A stretch of DNA of 64,000 nt from an uncultured Actinomycetes bacterium (GTDB taxonomy: Bacteria > Actinomycetota > Thermoleophilia > UBA2241). The notes under the pieces are model-generated. The model saw nothing but the letters and a program-made list of their open reading frames with translations. It had not been told where the DNA came from and ran no database searches. Position 1 is the stretch's first letter; the number at the start of each line of letters is the position of its first letter. Both the position numbers and the translations under genes were made by a program. The stretch spans positions 46,827 to 110,826 of the forward strand of contig CAVPVX010000006.1 in the NCBI GenBank assembly GCA_963709345.1. The letters run 5' to 3'. Shown here piece after piece: positions 53,189 to 62,448 of the stretch.

Positions 53189-53392
53189 ATGGCACTGAGC
53201 GCACGCAACCAGATCCAGGGAACGGTGAAGAGCGTGGTTCTCGGCTCGGTCGTGGCCGAAGTCGTGGTGGACGTCGGCGGCGGGGAGATCGTCTCGATCA
53301 TCTCGCGCCACTCCGTCGAAAGCCTGAACGTCAAGGCCGGGGACACCGTGACCGCGGTCATCAAGGCGACCGAGGTCATGCTGCAGAAATGA
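53189..53392 (+). CDS. Molbindin / Mop TOBE-domain protein
   Basis: LSARNQIQG...AVIKATEV. Confidence 0.92.
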   Translation: MALSARNQIQGTVKSVVLGSVVAEVVVDVGGGEIVSIISRHSVESLNVKAGDTVTAVIKATEVMLQK

Positions 53393-53426
53393 CGCGGCGC
53401 GGGCGCGCAGCTACACTGAGGGTCGC

Positions 53427-54411
53427 GTGAGCCCGGATCCCGACAGACTCCAGAGCAGGGTCGACTACCTGCGACTCTCGATCACCGACAGGTGCAACCT
53501 GCGTTGTACCTATTGCATGCCGCCCGAGGGCGTCCCGGCGAGGGCGCACGGCGAGATCCTGAGTTACGAGGAGCTCGCCGCCTTCACCCGCGTCGCCGCC
53601 GACTGCGGCATCAGCAAGGTCCGTATCACCGGCGGAGAGCCGCTCGTGCGGCTCGGCTGTGCCGACTTCGTCGGCATGCTCAGCCTGTACGAGCGGCATC
53701 CACGACATTTCACTGACGACCAACGGCCTCTTGCTGCCGAGGTACGCCGACGATCTGCGCGCCGCCGGTCTGCGCCGGGTCAACGTCAGCGTCGACAGCC
53801 TCGAGCCGGAGCGCTTCGCGCGGGTCACGCGCGGCGGCCGGCTCGGCGACACGCTCGCCGGACTTGATGCGGCGTTCGCCGCCGGCTTCAGCCCGGTCAA
53901 GATCAACACGCTGCTGCTTCCGGGCGTCGAGGATGAACTCGACGCGTTCGTGGACCTTACGCGGAGCCGCGAGATCCACGTGCGCTTCATCGAGTTCATG
54001 CCCCTCGACCGGCGCGTCGCCGGCGACGACGACACCGGCGGGGCGGGGCGGCTGCTCCCGGCCGGCGAGATCCTCGGACGCCTCATGGAGCGCCACGACC
54101 TCGTGCCTCACGAGGGTCCCTACGGGCACGGCCCGGCGCAGTACTGGCACGCACGCGGCGCACGCGGCACCATCGGCTTCATCGCCGGTGTGTCGGAGCA
54201 CTTCTGCGAGACCTGCAACCGGCTGCGGCTGACAGCGGACGGCAGGCTGCGCACGTGCCTGTTCTCCGGCGCCGAGGTCGACGTACGGCCGTTTCTCGCG
54301 GATCCCGATGCTCTGCGTGCCACCATACGCAAGGCGGTGGCCGGCAAGAGCTACGATCGCTGCCGGGACGCGATCGCGAACCAGCGGTCCATGTCGGAGA
54401 TAGGCGGGTGA
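53427..54411 (+). CDS. moaA: GTP 3',8-cyclase, one-base frameshift near 53686
   Basis: [26 protein letters not shown]; next frame [35 protein letters not shown]. Confidence 0.92.
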
Positions 54412-54415
54412 GGGC

Positions 54416-54922
54416 ATGCCGGAGCTGAGCCACATCGACGAGCGCGGCCGCGCCGCCATGGTCGACGTCGGCGGCAAGGACGAGACGGAGCGCGTCGCCC
54501 TGGCCGAGGCGTTCGTCGTCATGGCGCCCGAGACGCTGGCCGTCATCGAGGACCGGACGACGCCGAAGGGCGACGTGATCGCCGCGGCGCGGCTGGCGGG
54601 CATCATGGCCGCGAAACGCACGCACGAGCTGATCCCGCTGTGTCACCAGCTCAACCTCACGAAGGTGGCCGTGGACCTGGAGCCGGATGTGGGGCTGCCC
54701 GGGCTGCACATCGTCACCGAGGCGCGCCTGTGCGGGCGCACCGGCGTCGAGATGGAGGCTCTGGTCGCCGCGTCGGTCGCGGCGCTCACCGTCTACGACA
54801 TGTGCAAGGCCGTCGACCGGGGCATGGAGGTGACGGGGCTCCGCCTCCTGGAGAAGAGTGGCGGCCGCAGCGGTAGCTGGAAGCGCGAGGCCGACGCGGC
54901 ACAGGGCCGAGAAGCGCCGTGA
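54416..54922 (+). CDS. moaC: Cyclic pyranopterin monophosphate synthase
   Basis: [34 protein letters not shown]. Confidence 0.96.
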   Translation: MPELSHIDERGRAAMVDVGGKDETERVALAEAFVVMAPETLAVIEDRTTPKGDVIAAARLAGIMAAKRTHELIPLCHQLNLTKVAVDLEPDVGLPGLHIVTEARLCGRTGVEMEALVAASVAALTVYDMCKAVDRGMEVTGLRLLEKSGGRSGSWKREADAAQGREAP

Positions 54923-55881
54923 GCCGGCATCGCGTGGACGGAACCGTCGTCTCGGTCAATGTCGCCGCCGAGAAGGGTGTGCGCAAGGAGCCGGCGGAGA
55001 CGATCAGCCTCGTGGCCGGGCACGGCGTGGAGGGCGACGCGCACTCCGGCCCATGGCATCGTCAGGTGAGCCTGCTGGCCGCCGAGAGCATCGAGAAGAT
55101 GAAGCCGTCCTGTCCCACGGTGGGGCCGGGCGCGTTCGGCGAGAACGTCACCACCGAGGGTATCGTGCTCTTCGAGCTGCCCATCGGCGCGCGCCTGTAC
55201 GCCGGCGAGTGCCTTCTCGAAGTCACGCAGATCGGCAAGGAGTGCCACGACCGCTGCGCGATCTTCCACCAAGCTGGGGACTGCGTGATGCCGCGCGAGG
55301 GCGTCTTCGCGCGCGTCCTCGAAGGCGGCGAGATGGCTCCCGGCAACGGCATCGTCCTGATGAAGCCGAGCCTCATCCACGCCGCCGTCCTCACCGTGAG
55401 CGACAAGGGCTCCCGCGGCGAGCGCGACGACGCGAGCGGCGCGCTGCTGGAGGAGGCGCTCCGGGAGCTCGGTGTCGCCGCCGTGGAGCGCGCCCTCGTA
55501 CCCGATGAGGCAGAACGGATCTCCGCCGAGCTGCGGCGCTGGGCCGACGAGACGCCGGTGAATCTGGTCCTCACGACCGGCGGCACGGGGCTGACGACCC
55601 GGGACGTGACGCCTGAGGCGACACTCGCGGTGCTCGAGCGCCAGGCGCCGGGCTTCACGGAGGCGATGCGCGCCGGCTCGCTCGCCGCGACGCCGCACGC
55701 GATGCTGTCGCGGGCGGTGGGCGGGGCGCGCGGCAAGACGCTGATCATCAACATGCCGGGCAGCCCGCGTGCCTGCCGTGAGCAGTTCGCGATGATCTCC
55801 GCCGCGCTCCCCCACGCCGTGGAGAAGCTGCTCGACCTGGGCGGAGACTGCGCCGCGCCCACGCCGCTCTCGCCCGGTTGA
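54919..55881 (+). CDS. MOSC domain fused to MogA/MoaB molybdopterin adenylyltransferase
   Basis: GDAH, RQVSLL, FGEN, QIGKECH..C, MPREG; then [25 protein letters not shown]. Confidence 0.9.
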   Translation: MSRHRVDGTVVSVNVAAEKGVRKEPAETISLVAGHGVEGDAHSGPWHRQVSLLAAESIEKMKPSCPTVGPGAFGENVTTEGIVLFELPIGARLYAGECLLEVTQIGKECHDRCAIFHQAGDCVMPREGVFARVLEGGEMAPGNGIVLMKPSLIHAAVLTVSDKGSRGERDDASGALLEEALRELGVAAVERALVPDEAERISAELRRWADETPVNLVLTTGGTGLTTRDVTPEATLAVLERQAPGFTEAMRAGSLAATPHAMLSRAVGGARGKTLIINMPGSPRACREQFAMISAALPHAVEKLLDLGGDCAAPTPLSPG

Positions 55882-55939
55882 GTCCTTGGAAGCAGATCGG
55901 CGGTCGCGGCCTCGTCCGGCGTAGCGCCCGCCCGGTTCG

Positions 55940-56587
55940 TCAGAAGTCGAGCCGCCGGTGTCGCTGGTAGCTGAGGTACGTGGCCACTGCCGCGTCGGCT
56001 TCCTCGACGGCCCGGCGATGGCCGGCGCTCAGGCGGTCGCCGACGCTCTGGCGGGTCACGCCGAGTCGCTCGGCGACGGCGCGCTGGTGACCGAGCTGCC
56101 GATAGGCGGCGATCGCCTCCCACTGCTTGAGCGTGCGGGCGCGGATCAGCGGGTCGACGAGGTGACACAGCGCTCCCAACAGCACGTCGCCGGCGTCGCC
56201 TGTGCCCAGATACCGTGTCAGCCCTTTGTCGCGGATGACCAACTGCTGGGCGCTTCTCGCCATCGAGTAGGCGTCGCGGTCTCCGGCGCCTCCGTCGCGA
56301 AGAGAGCTCACCGTGCCCACACCGACGCCGGCTCTCAGCAGCATCGGCGCCATCAGTTCGCGAGCGACACTGATGCAGAGCGGCGCCTGCGCCGGGTCGG
56401 CGAGGGCGCCTTCGATACGACCCTCGCCGGTGACCGCGAGCGGCTCGGCGATCGCCGGGAAGAAGATGTGGTTCACTCGCTCGAGGGCGCGGCGCAGCTT
56501 GGCGCCGTCCCGGTCGCCGCCGGCTTCGAGGACGTCGGCGAAGACAACGGCGATGACTTTCGTCTCGCGGCGTTTGTCGATGGGCAT
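55940..56587 (-). CDS. SatD family-like protein with C-terminal HTH
   Basis: ADV, RAGVGVG, AYSMAR, KQWE, QRAVAERLGVTRQSVGDRL. Confidence 0.75.
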   Translation of the reverse strand: MPIDKRRETKVIAVVFADVLEAGGDRDGAKLRRALERVNHIFFPAIAEPLAVTGEGRIEGALADPAQAPLCISVARELMAPMLLRAGVGVGTVSSLRDGGAGDRDAYSMARSAQQLVIRDKGLTRYLGTGDAGDVLLGALCHLVDPLIRARTLKQWEAIAAYRQLGHQRAVAERLGVTRQSVGDRLSAGHRRAVEEADAAVATYLSYQRHRRLDF

Positions 56588-56743
56588 GGTGCTAGCTACG
56601 CCGCCGCCTCCGGCTTTTCCTGCCGCGACGCTCGCTCTGCACGCTTCAAGGCGTAATCATTCCCTGGACAGTGGAAATGGCGCTGCGGCTCTTCGTCGAG
56701 TAAACTGAACCGTCTCCCAGCGCATACAATCAGGGGTATCCGC

Positions 56744-57163
56744 TTGAACAAGAACTCGCGTGCTCGACTGCTCATTTCCACCGGCGTCATCGTCGTCTGC
56801 GTCGTGGTCGGCGTCGTCTATCTGGTGCTGCGGCAGGGCGCCTACTACTGCCAGGTCTCAGACCTCACCAGCGGCAAGTACGACGACAAGAACGTCAAGG
56901 TGGGCGGCAGGGTGCTCGACGGCACCATCAAGCGTGACGAGTCGGGTGTGAAGTTCGCGGTCTCCGATCTGACCGGCAAGCCCGACACGGTGTTCGTGTC
57001 GTACGACGGCCAGATGCCGAACACCTTCGAGGCGGGCGCCGACGTGGTGATCGTCGGCCAGTACGCCTCCGCCGACGGCGTCATCACCGCCGACCAGCTG
57101 CAGACCAAGTGTCCGAGCAAGTACAAGGGGCAGGCCTCGCCCGTGGCGCAGCCGGGGCCGTGA
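56744..57163 (+). CDS. ccmE: Heme chaperone CcmE, CxxxY variant
   Basis: N-terminal TM; VGGRV, YDGQMPNTF, KCPSKY. Confidence 0.9.
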   Translation: MNKNSRARLLISTGVIVVCVVVGVVYLVLRQGAYYCQVSDLTSGKYDDKNVKVGGRVLDGTIKRDESGVKFAVSDLTGKPDTVFVSYDGQMPNTFEAGADVVIVGQYASADGVITADQLQTKCPSKYKGQASPVAQPGP

Positions 57164-57173
57164 GGTCCTCTGC

Positions 57174-59207
57174 TTGCTGTCCCTCGGGACATACTCACTC
57201 GTCGCGGCGCTGATCTTCTCCCTGGGCGCCGTCTGGTTCCTTGCTCTGGGCATGCGGACCGGCCGCACGGACGTGCTTCGGTACGGTTACTACTCCGCCT
57301 ATGGGTTCTTCCTCTCCACGCTCATCGCCTCCGCGGTGCTCCTGCAGGCCTTCCTGAAGAAGGACTTCAGCTTCGCCTACGTGGCCGAGAACTCGGACGC
57401 CACGCTCTCGGTCTTCTACCGCATCGCGGGCTTCTGGGCTGGCCAGCAGGGCTCGTTCCTGTTCTGGTTGCTGCTTCTCGCCATGACCACGGTCGTCATC
57501 GTCGCGCTCGACTTCGAGCGGCTCGAGCGGCTCACCGGGGGCGCCGTCATGGTGCTCGCCATCATCTCCGCGGTGTTCGCGGCGCTCATGGTCTTCGACA
57601 CCGGCTCGAACCCGTTCTTGGCGGCCGCGCCCGGCATGCAGCCGTTCGGCCTGAACCCCCTGCTCCTGCACCCGGGCATGGTGCTGCACCCGCCGGCGCT
57701 CTTCATCGGCTACGTCGGCGTCGCCGTGCCGTTCGCCTACGCGATCTCGACGCTCCTGCTCGGCCGCGGCGACAAGCTCTGGGTGCAGCGGTCGCAGAAG
57801 TGGACGATCGCCGGCTGGCTGTTCCTGTCTCTCGGTATCGGGCTTGGCGCCTGGTGGGCCTACGTCGTCCTCAGCTTCGGCGGCTACTGGGCCTGGGACC
57901 CTGTGGAGAACACGTCGCTGGTGCCGTGGCTCACCGCCACCGCCCTCCTGCACTCGTTCACACTGTACAAGTCGCGCGGCCTCTTCAAGCACTGGGCCCT
58001 CGGGCTCGCGGTGGCCACCTTCTGGTTCACCATCCTCGCCACATGGACGACTCGCACCGGGCTGATCCAGTCGGTCCACGCCTTCGGCACGCGCAGCGTG
58101 CTCGTGTGGATCCTCTCGGTGTTCCTCGTGGTCACTATGGTGGCCAGCGCCAGCCTTATCGCCTGGCGCTGGCGCCGCTTCGAGAGCCACGATGAAGTGC
58201 AGAGTTGGCTGTCGCGCGACTTCCTCTACTACATCACCAACCTGCTGCTCACGCTGTTCGCGGTGGCCGTCGCCTTCGGCACCGTCGCGGTGCCGCTGCT
58301 CATGGATCGCATGGTCGGACCGAGCACGTACGACTCGGTGGCGCGGCCGCTCGGTGTCGTCGTCCTCGCGCTGATCGCGATCTGCCCGTTGCTCGCGTGG
58401 CGCACTACCGAAGGTGCCGCACTGCGCAAGACGCTGATCCTGCCGGGAGTCACGATGCTCCTCTCCGCGCTACTCTGGCTGTATCTCGGCTTCCAGTCCA
58501 GTGTGTGGGGCTTCATCGGATTGCTGGTCTGCGGTTTCGCCTTCGGCGCCGTGATCCAGCTCGTGCTGCATTCGGCGAGGCGCGCGACCGGACCCGGCAA
58601 GAGTCTCTGGTCCGGCATGGGCCGCGCCTTCACCGGCAGCCGTACGCGCACCGCGGCCTACATCGTGCACATGGGTATGGTGCTGATCGTCGCGGGGCTG
58701 CTCGGCTCCAGCCTGTACGCGCAGGAGAGCAGCGGCATGGTCTCGACGAAGGCCGGCGCGGAAGACGCGGTCATCACCACCGACGACGGCAGGTACACGC
58801 TGGAGTTCGTGCGACTGCGCGACGAGTCCGGCGCCCAGGGTTCCACGCGCCACTACGCGGAGTTCCTGGTGATCGAGGATGGCTCACAGACGATCGGAAC
58901 GGTGGAGCCGCACACCGACATCTACCCTGTCAGCGGTCCGGCCGTCCGGGCGGTCATCCTCGGCCGGCCGTTCCAGGACGTCTTCGTGGTCACCGACGAG
59001 CCCTTCGACGCGACCGCAGAGACGATCGCGGTGCGTGTCGTGATCTTCCCGCTCATCCGCTGGGTGTGGATCGGCTCGATCCTCCTGTGCGTCGGCGCCG
59101 CGGTCTCGCTGTGGCCCCCGCGTCGCAGGCAGGAGCAGGAAGCGCGGGCGACGGAGGCGGCCGGGAGCGGCGCGGGCGCCGCGTGCCCGGACGGCGCCGC
59201 GACCTGA
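57174..59207 (+). CDS. ccmF: Cytochrome c heme lyase CcmF
   Basis: WAGQQGS, GLNPLL, HPP, WAYVVLSFGGYWAWDPVEN, SVHAF. Confidence 0.95.
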   Translation: MLSLGTYSLVAALIFSLGAVWFLALGMRTGRTDVLRYGYYSAYGFFLSTLIASAVLLQAFLKKDFSFAYVAENSDATLSVFYRIAGFWAGQQGSFLFWLLLLAMTTVVIVALDFERLERLTGGAVMVLAIISAVFAALMVFDTGSNPFLAAAPGMQPFGLNPLLLHPGMVLHPPALFIGYVGVAVPFAYAISTLLLGRGDKLWVQRSQKWTIAGWLFLSLGIGLGAWWAYVVLSFGGYWAWDPVENTSLVPWLTATALLHSFTLYKSRGLFKHWALGLAVATFWFTILATWTTRTGLIQSVHAFGTRSVLVWILSVFLVVTMVASASLIAWRWRRFESHDEVQSWLSRDFLYYITNLLLTLFAVAVAFGTVAVPLLMDRMVGPSTYDSVARPLGVVVLALIAICPLLAWRTTEGAALRKTLILPGVTMLLSALLWLYLGFQSSVWGFIGLLVCGFAFGAVIQLVLHSARRATGPGKSLWSGMGRAFTGSRTRTAAYIVHMGMVLIVAGLLGSSLYAQESSGMVSTKAGAEDAVITTDDGRYTLEFVRLRDESGAQGSTRHYAEFLVIEDGSQTIGTVEPHTDIYPVSGPAVRAVILGRPFQDVFVVTDEPFDATAETIAVRVVIFPLIRWVWIGSILLCVGAAVSLWPPRRRQEQEARATEAAGSGAGAACPDGAAT

Positions 59208-59219
59208 CGGAGGGCGCCC

Positions 59220-59966
59220 GTGTCGGACTCACCAGACCGGCAGGACAGCGCGGCTCCCCTCGAGATCGAGGTCGAGGGACTGCGCAAGACGTTCGCTCGC
59301 CGCGAGGTGCTGAAGGGCCTCTCCTTCAGCCTCGAGCGCGGCGGCTTTCTCAGCATCTTCGGCCCCAACGGAGCCGGCAAGACGACGACGCTGCGCGTGC
59401 TCGCCACCCTGCTCGCGGCGAGCGGTGGCAGCGTCAGGGTCGCCGGCCACGACGTTCGCGAGGACCCCATGCCGGTCCGTCGCACGATCGGCTTCATCTC
59501 GCACAACCCGATGCTCTACCCGGACCTCACGGCGCAGGAGAACCTGCGTTTCTACGCCGACATGTACGGCGTCGAGGACCGGGACGCGCGCATCAACGGT
59601 CTGCTCGAACGGCTCGAACTCAGTCACCGCCGCCACGACGTCGTGCGCACGTACAGCAAGGGCATGCGCCAGCGGCTGGCGATCGCCCGCTCGATCCTGC
59701 ATCGCCCGCGCGTTCTGCTGCTCGACGAGCCGCACTCCGGCCTCGATCCGCGCGCTGTCGACATCCTCGATGGCCTGCTGCAGGAGATCCGCGACGAGCA
59801 CACCTTCGTCATGGTCACGCACAACATCGCGAAGGGTCTCGAGTGGGGCACCGACCTGATGATCATCGAGAGCGGCCGCGTCGCCTACGAGCACGCGGCC
59901 GGCGTCGACCACGACTCCTTCCGTGCCGTGTATCGCGAGCACGTCCACGACGGGAGCGTGCTTTGA
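59220..59966 (+). CDS. ccmA: Heme exporter ATPase CcmA
   Basis: GPNGAGKTT, YSKGMRQR, LLLDEP. Confidence 0.9.
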   Translation: MSDSPDRQDSAAPLEIEVEGLRKTFARREVLKGLSFSLERGGFLSIFGPNGAGKTTTLRVLATLLAASGGSVRVAGHDVREDPMPVRRTIGFISHNPMLYPDLTAQENLRFYADMYGVEDRDARINGLLERLELSHRRHDVVRTYSKGMRQRLAIARSILHRPRVLLLDEPHSGLDPRAVDILDGLLQEIRDEHTFVMVTHNIAKGLEWGTDLMIIESGRVAYEHAAGVDHDSFRAVYREHVHDGSVL

Positions 59967-60700
59967 ACAGCCGCCGCAGGCAGGTGATCGAGCGGGGCGC
60001 CGGAGGGGCGCCGCTCAGCGGCTGGCGCCAGTTCACGGCGATCCTGCGCAAGGATCTCATCCGCGAACTGCGTACTCGCGACATGCTCGTGAGCATGATC
60101 CTCTTCGTGCTGCTCGCGATGGTGATCTTCCACTACGCGTTCAGCGTCAAGGAAGGCGCCGACCTCACCTACTTCACCGGCGGCATGCTCTGGGTCACCT
60201 TCATCTTCGCGATGCTGCTCGGGCTCAACCGCTCGTTCGCCCAGGAGAAGGACGAACACTGCCTGGACGGCCTGCTGCTCTGCCCCGTCGACCGGGTCAC
60301 GATCTTCCTTGCGAAGACCGCCGGCAACCTGATCTTCCTGCTCATCATCCAGGTGGTCGCCGTGCCGGTGTTCACCCTGTTCTTCATCGAGCGCAGCTAT
60401 GTTGGCGACCTGCTGCCGTTCCTCGTCGTTCTGCTGCTCGCCGACGTGGGCATCTGTGCCCTGGGTACACTCCTCGCGACGATCTCGATGAACACGCGCT
60501 CGCGCGACCTGCTGCTGCCGATCCTGTTCCTGCCGCTGATCGTGCCCGTGCTCATCGCCGCCACCGGCGCCACGACGCTGATCTTCGCCGAAGGCGCCGG
60601 GCTCGGAGACCTGCTGGCCCGTCTCCTGTTCCTGCTGGGCTTCGACGCAGTGTTCCTGGTCGCCGCCTGGGGTACCTACGACTTCGCCATAGGAGAGTGA
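59963..60700 (+). CDS. ccmB: Heme exporter permease CcmB
   Basis: KDLIRELR, FAQEKDEHCLDGL, LLPILFLPLIVP. Confidence 0.9.
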   Translation: MNSRRRQVIERGAGGAPLSGWRQFTAILRKDLIRELRTRDMLVSMILFVLLAMVIFHYAFSVKEGADLTYFTGGMLWVTFIFAMLLGLNRSFAQEKDEHCLDGLLLCPVDRVTIFLAKTAGNLIFLLIIQVVAVPVFTLFFIERSYVGDLLPFLVVLLLADVGICALGTLLATISMNTRSRDLLLPILFLPLIVPVLIAATGATTLIFAEGAGLGDLLARLLFLLGFDAVFLVAAWGTYDFAIGE

Positions 60701-60702
60701 GC

Positions 60703-61386
60703 GTGAAGAAGATCATGAGTGCGCCGGCCCTGTTCGCGGGCGCCGGCATCTTCCTCATCGCCGGCCTGCTGCTCGCCTTCTGGTGGGCGCCCACCGACGC
60801 CAGTGCCATGGGGTTCAGCCAGAAGATCTTCTTCTACCACGCGCCCATCGCCGAGACGGCGCTGGTGGCCTTCGGCGTCTCCTTCGTCGCCGCCATCGCC
60901 TACCTGCGCACGCAGAACCTCACGTGGGATCGCCTCGGCTATGTGAGCATCCGCCTCGGCCTGCTCTTCAGCGTCCTCGTCATGCTGACCGGCATGATCT
61001 GGGGCAAGGCGGCCTGGGGCGCCTGGTGGGCGTGGGAGCCACGACTGACCACGTTCCTGCTCGTCTGCTTTCTGTACGTCGCCTACTGGGTGCTTCGCTC
61101 CGTGGTCGACGAGGAGCAGCGCCGGGCGACGTACGCGGCGGTGTTCGCGATCATCGCCTTTGTCGACGTGCCCATCACGTTCTTCGCCACGCGCTTCCTG
61201 CCCGAAGGGCTGCACCCGGTCGTGATCCAGGCCGGCGACGCCGGCATGGAGGGCAGCATGCTGACGAGCTTCCTGATCAGCATGCTCGGGATGACGCTCC
61301 TCCTCGCGGCGCTGATCCGCCGCGACCTCGAGATCGAGGAGCTGAGGGATCGCGTGACCGACCTCAAGACCTCTCTGGGAGGCTGA
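60703..61386 (+). CDS. ccmC: Heme exporter CcmC
   Basis: KIFFYHAP, WGKAAWGAWWAWEPRLT, LHP. Confidence 0.92.
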   Translation: MKKIMSAPALFAGAGIFLIAGLLLAFWWAPTDASAMGFSQKIFFYHAPIAETALVAFGVSFVAAIAYLRTQNLTWDRLGYVSIRLGLLFSVLVMLTGMIWGKAAWGAWWAWEPRLTTFLLVCFLYVAYWVLRSVVDEEQRRATYAAVFAIIAFVDVPITFFATRFLPEGLHPVVIQAGDAGMEGSMLTSFLISMLGMTLLLAALIRRDLEIEELRDRVTDLKTSLGG

Positions 61387-61390
61387 CAGC

Positions 61391-61570
61391 ATGACCATCG
61401 AAGAAGGCGTCAAGTACGTCGCCGCGGCCTACGCGATCATCCTGGCCGTGCTCGTCGTGTACTACTTCATGAGCGCCCGGCGCGTGAGCGCGCTCAGGCG
61501 CGACGTGGAGGTGCTCGAGGACGAGGCGAAGCGCCGGCGAGCGCCCGCCGGCGAGGCCGGCGCGGAGTGA
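61391..61570 (+). CDS. ccmD: CcmD-like small protein (59 aa)
   Basis: MTIEEGVKYVAAAYAIILAVLVVYY followed by a charged tail; directly after ccmC. Confidence 0.75.
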   Translation: MTIEEGVKYVAAAYAIILAVLVVYYFMSARRVSALRRDVEVLEDEAKRRRAPAGEAGAE

Positions 61571-61616
61571 CGCGCCGGCCCTCCATCGGGCGATCCGCCC
61601 GCCGGCGCCGCTGAGC

Positions 61617-62444
61617 ATGGACCAGGTCGCCGTCATCCTCGTCTGGCTCGCGTACCTTCTGTACGCGGCCACGTTCGCGGTGTTCCTGGTCGGCTTCTTC
61701 ACACAACGGCCCTGGGCGCAGCGGCTCGGCTTGATCGTCGCCGCGGTGGGGCTTGCGAGCCACACCGCGGGGGTCGTGTTCCGCGGCGTGAGCGCCGGGC
61801 ACTTCCCCTTCGTCGGTCTCTACGAGTCGCTCGTACTCGTCGCCTGGGCGGTAGTCACCGTCTGGGTCGTCCTCGAGCTCTTCACGCGCATCAAGGCCGT
61901 GGGGCTGTGCGTCATGCCCGTCGTGCTCGTGCTCCTCACGGTCGCTCTCATCGAATACGACCCGCCCGCGGGACTCACGCCGGCGCTCAGGAGCGACATC
62001 GTCGTCCTCCACGTCCTGGTGATGCTCGTCGCCATCGGCTGTCTGTACGTCGGCGGGGGCGCCGCGATCATCTATCTGGTGGAGAACGCACTCCTGCGGC
62101 GGCGCAAGCCCGGGAGCGTGCTCGGTCGCCTGCCTTCGCTCGCCGCGCTCGACCGGCTCGCCTACCACGCCACGCTCGTCGGCCTGCCGTTCCTCACCAT
62201 GGGCATGGCCGCCGGGGTGATCCGCGCCGAGACGTTCAGCGTGCCGAACTGGGCGACCGACCCCATGGTGCTGCTGTCGCTGGCCGCCTGGGCGGTGTAT
62301 TTCGCTCTCATCGCCGGACGCGTGCGCGGCGGCTGGTCGGGAGGCGCCGTGTCTTGGTTGTCGGTCGTGGGGCTGGTGCTGCTGCTCGTTATCCGGTTCG
62401 CCGCGGTCCCGTACCTCAGCGGATTCCACACTTACGGAGGCTGA
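61617..62444 (+). CDS. CcsA/HemX-family membrane protein
   Basis: GHFPFVGLYES, LHV, LPSLAALDRL, DP, FH; lacks a full WWD; directly upstream of hemA. Confidence 0.8.
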   Translation: MDQVAVILVWLAYLLYAATFAVFLVGFFTQRPWAQRLGLIVAAVGLASHTAGVVFRGVSAGHFPFVGLYESLVLVAWAVVTVWVVLELFTRIKAVGLCVMPVVLVLLTVALIEYDPPAGLTPALRSDIVVLHVLVMLVAIGCLYVGGGAAIIYLVENALLRRRKPGSVLGRLPSLAALDRLAYHATLVGLPFLTMGMAAGVIRAETFSVPNWATDPMVLLSLAAWAVYFALIAGRVRGGWSGGAVSWLSVVGLVLLLVIRFAAVPYLSGFHTYGG

Positions 62445-62448
62445 GAGA

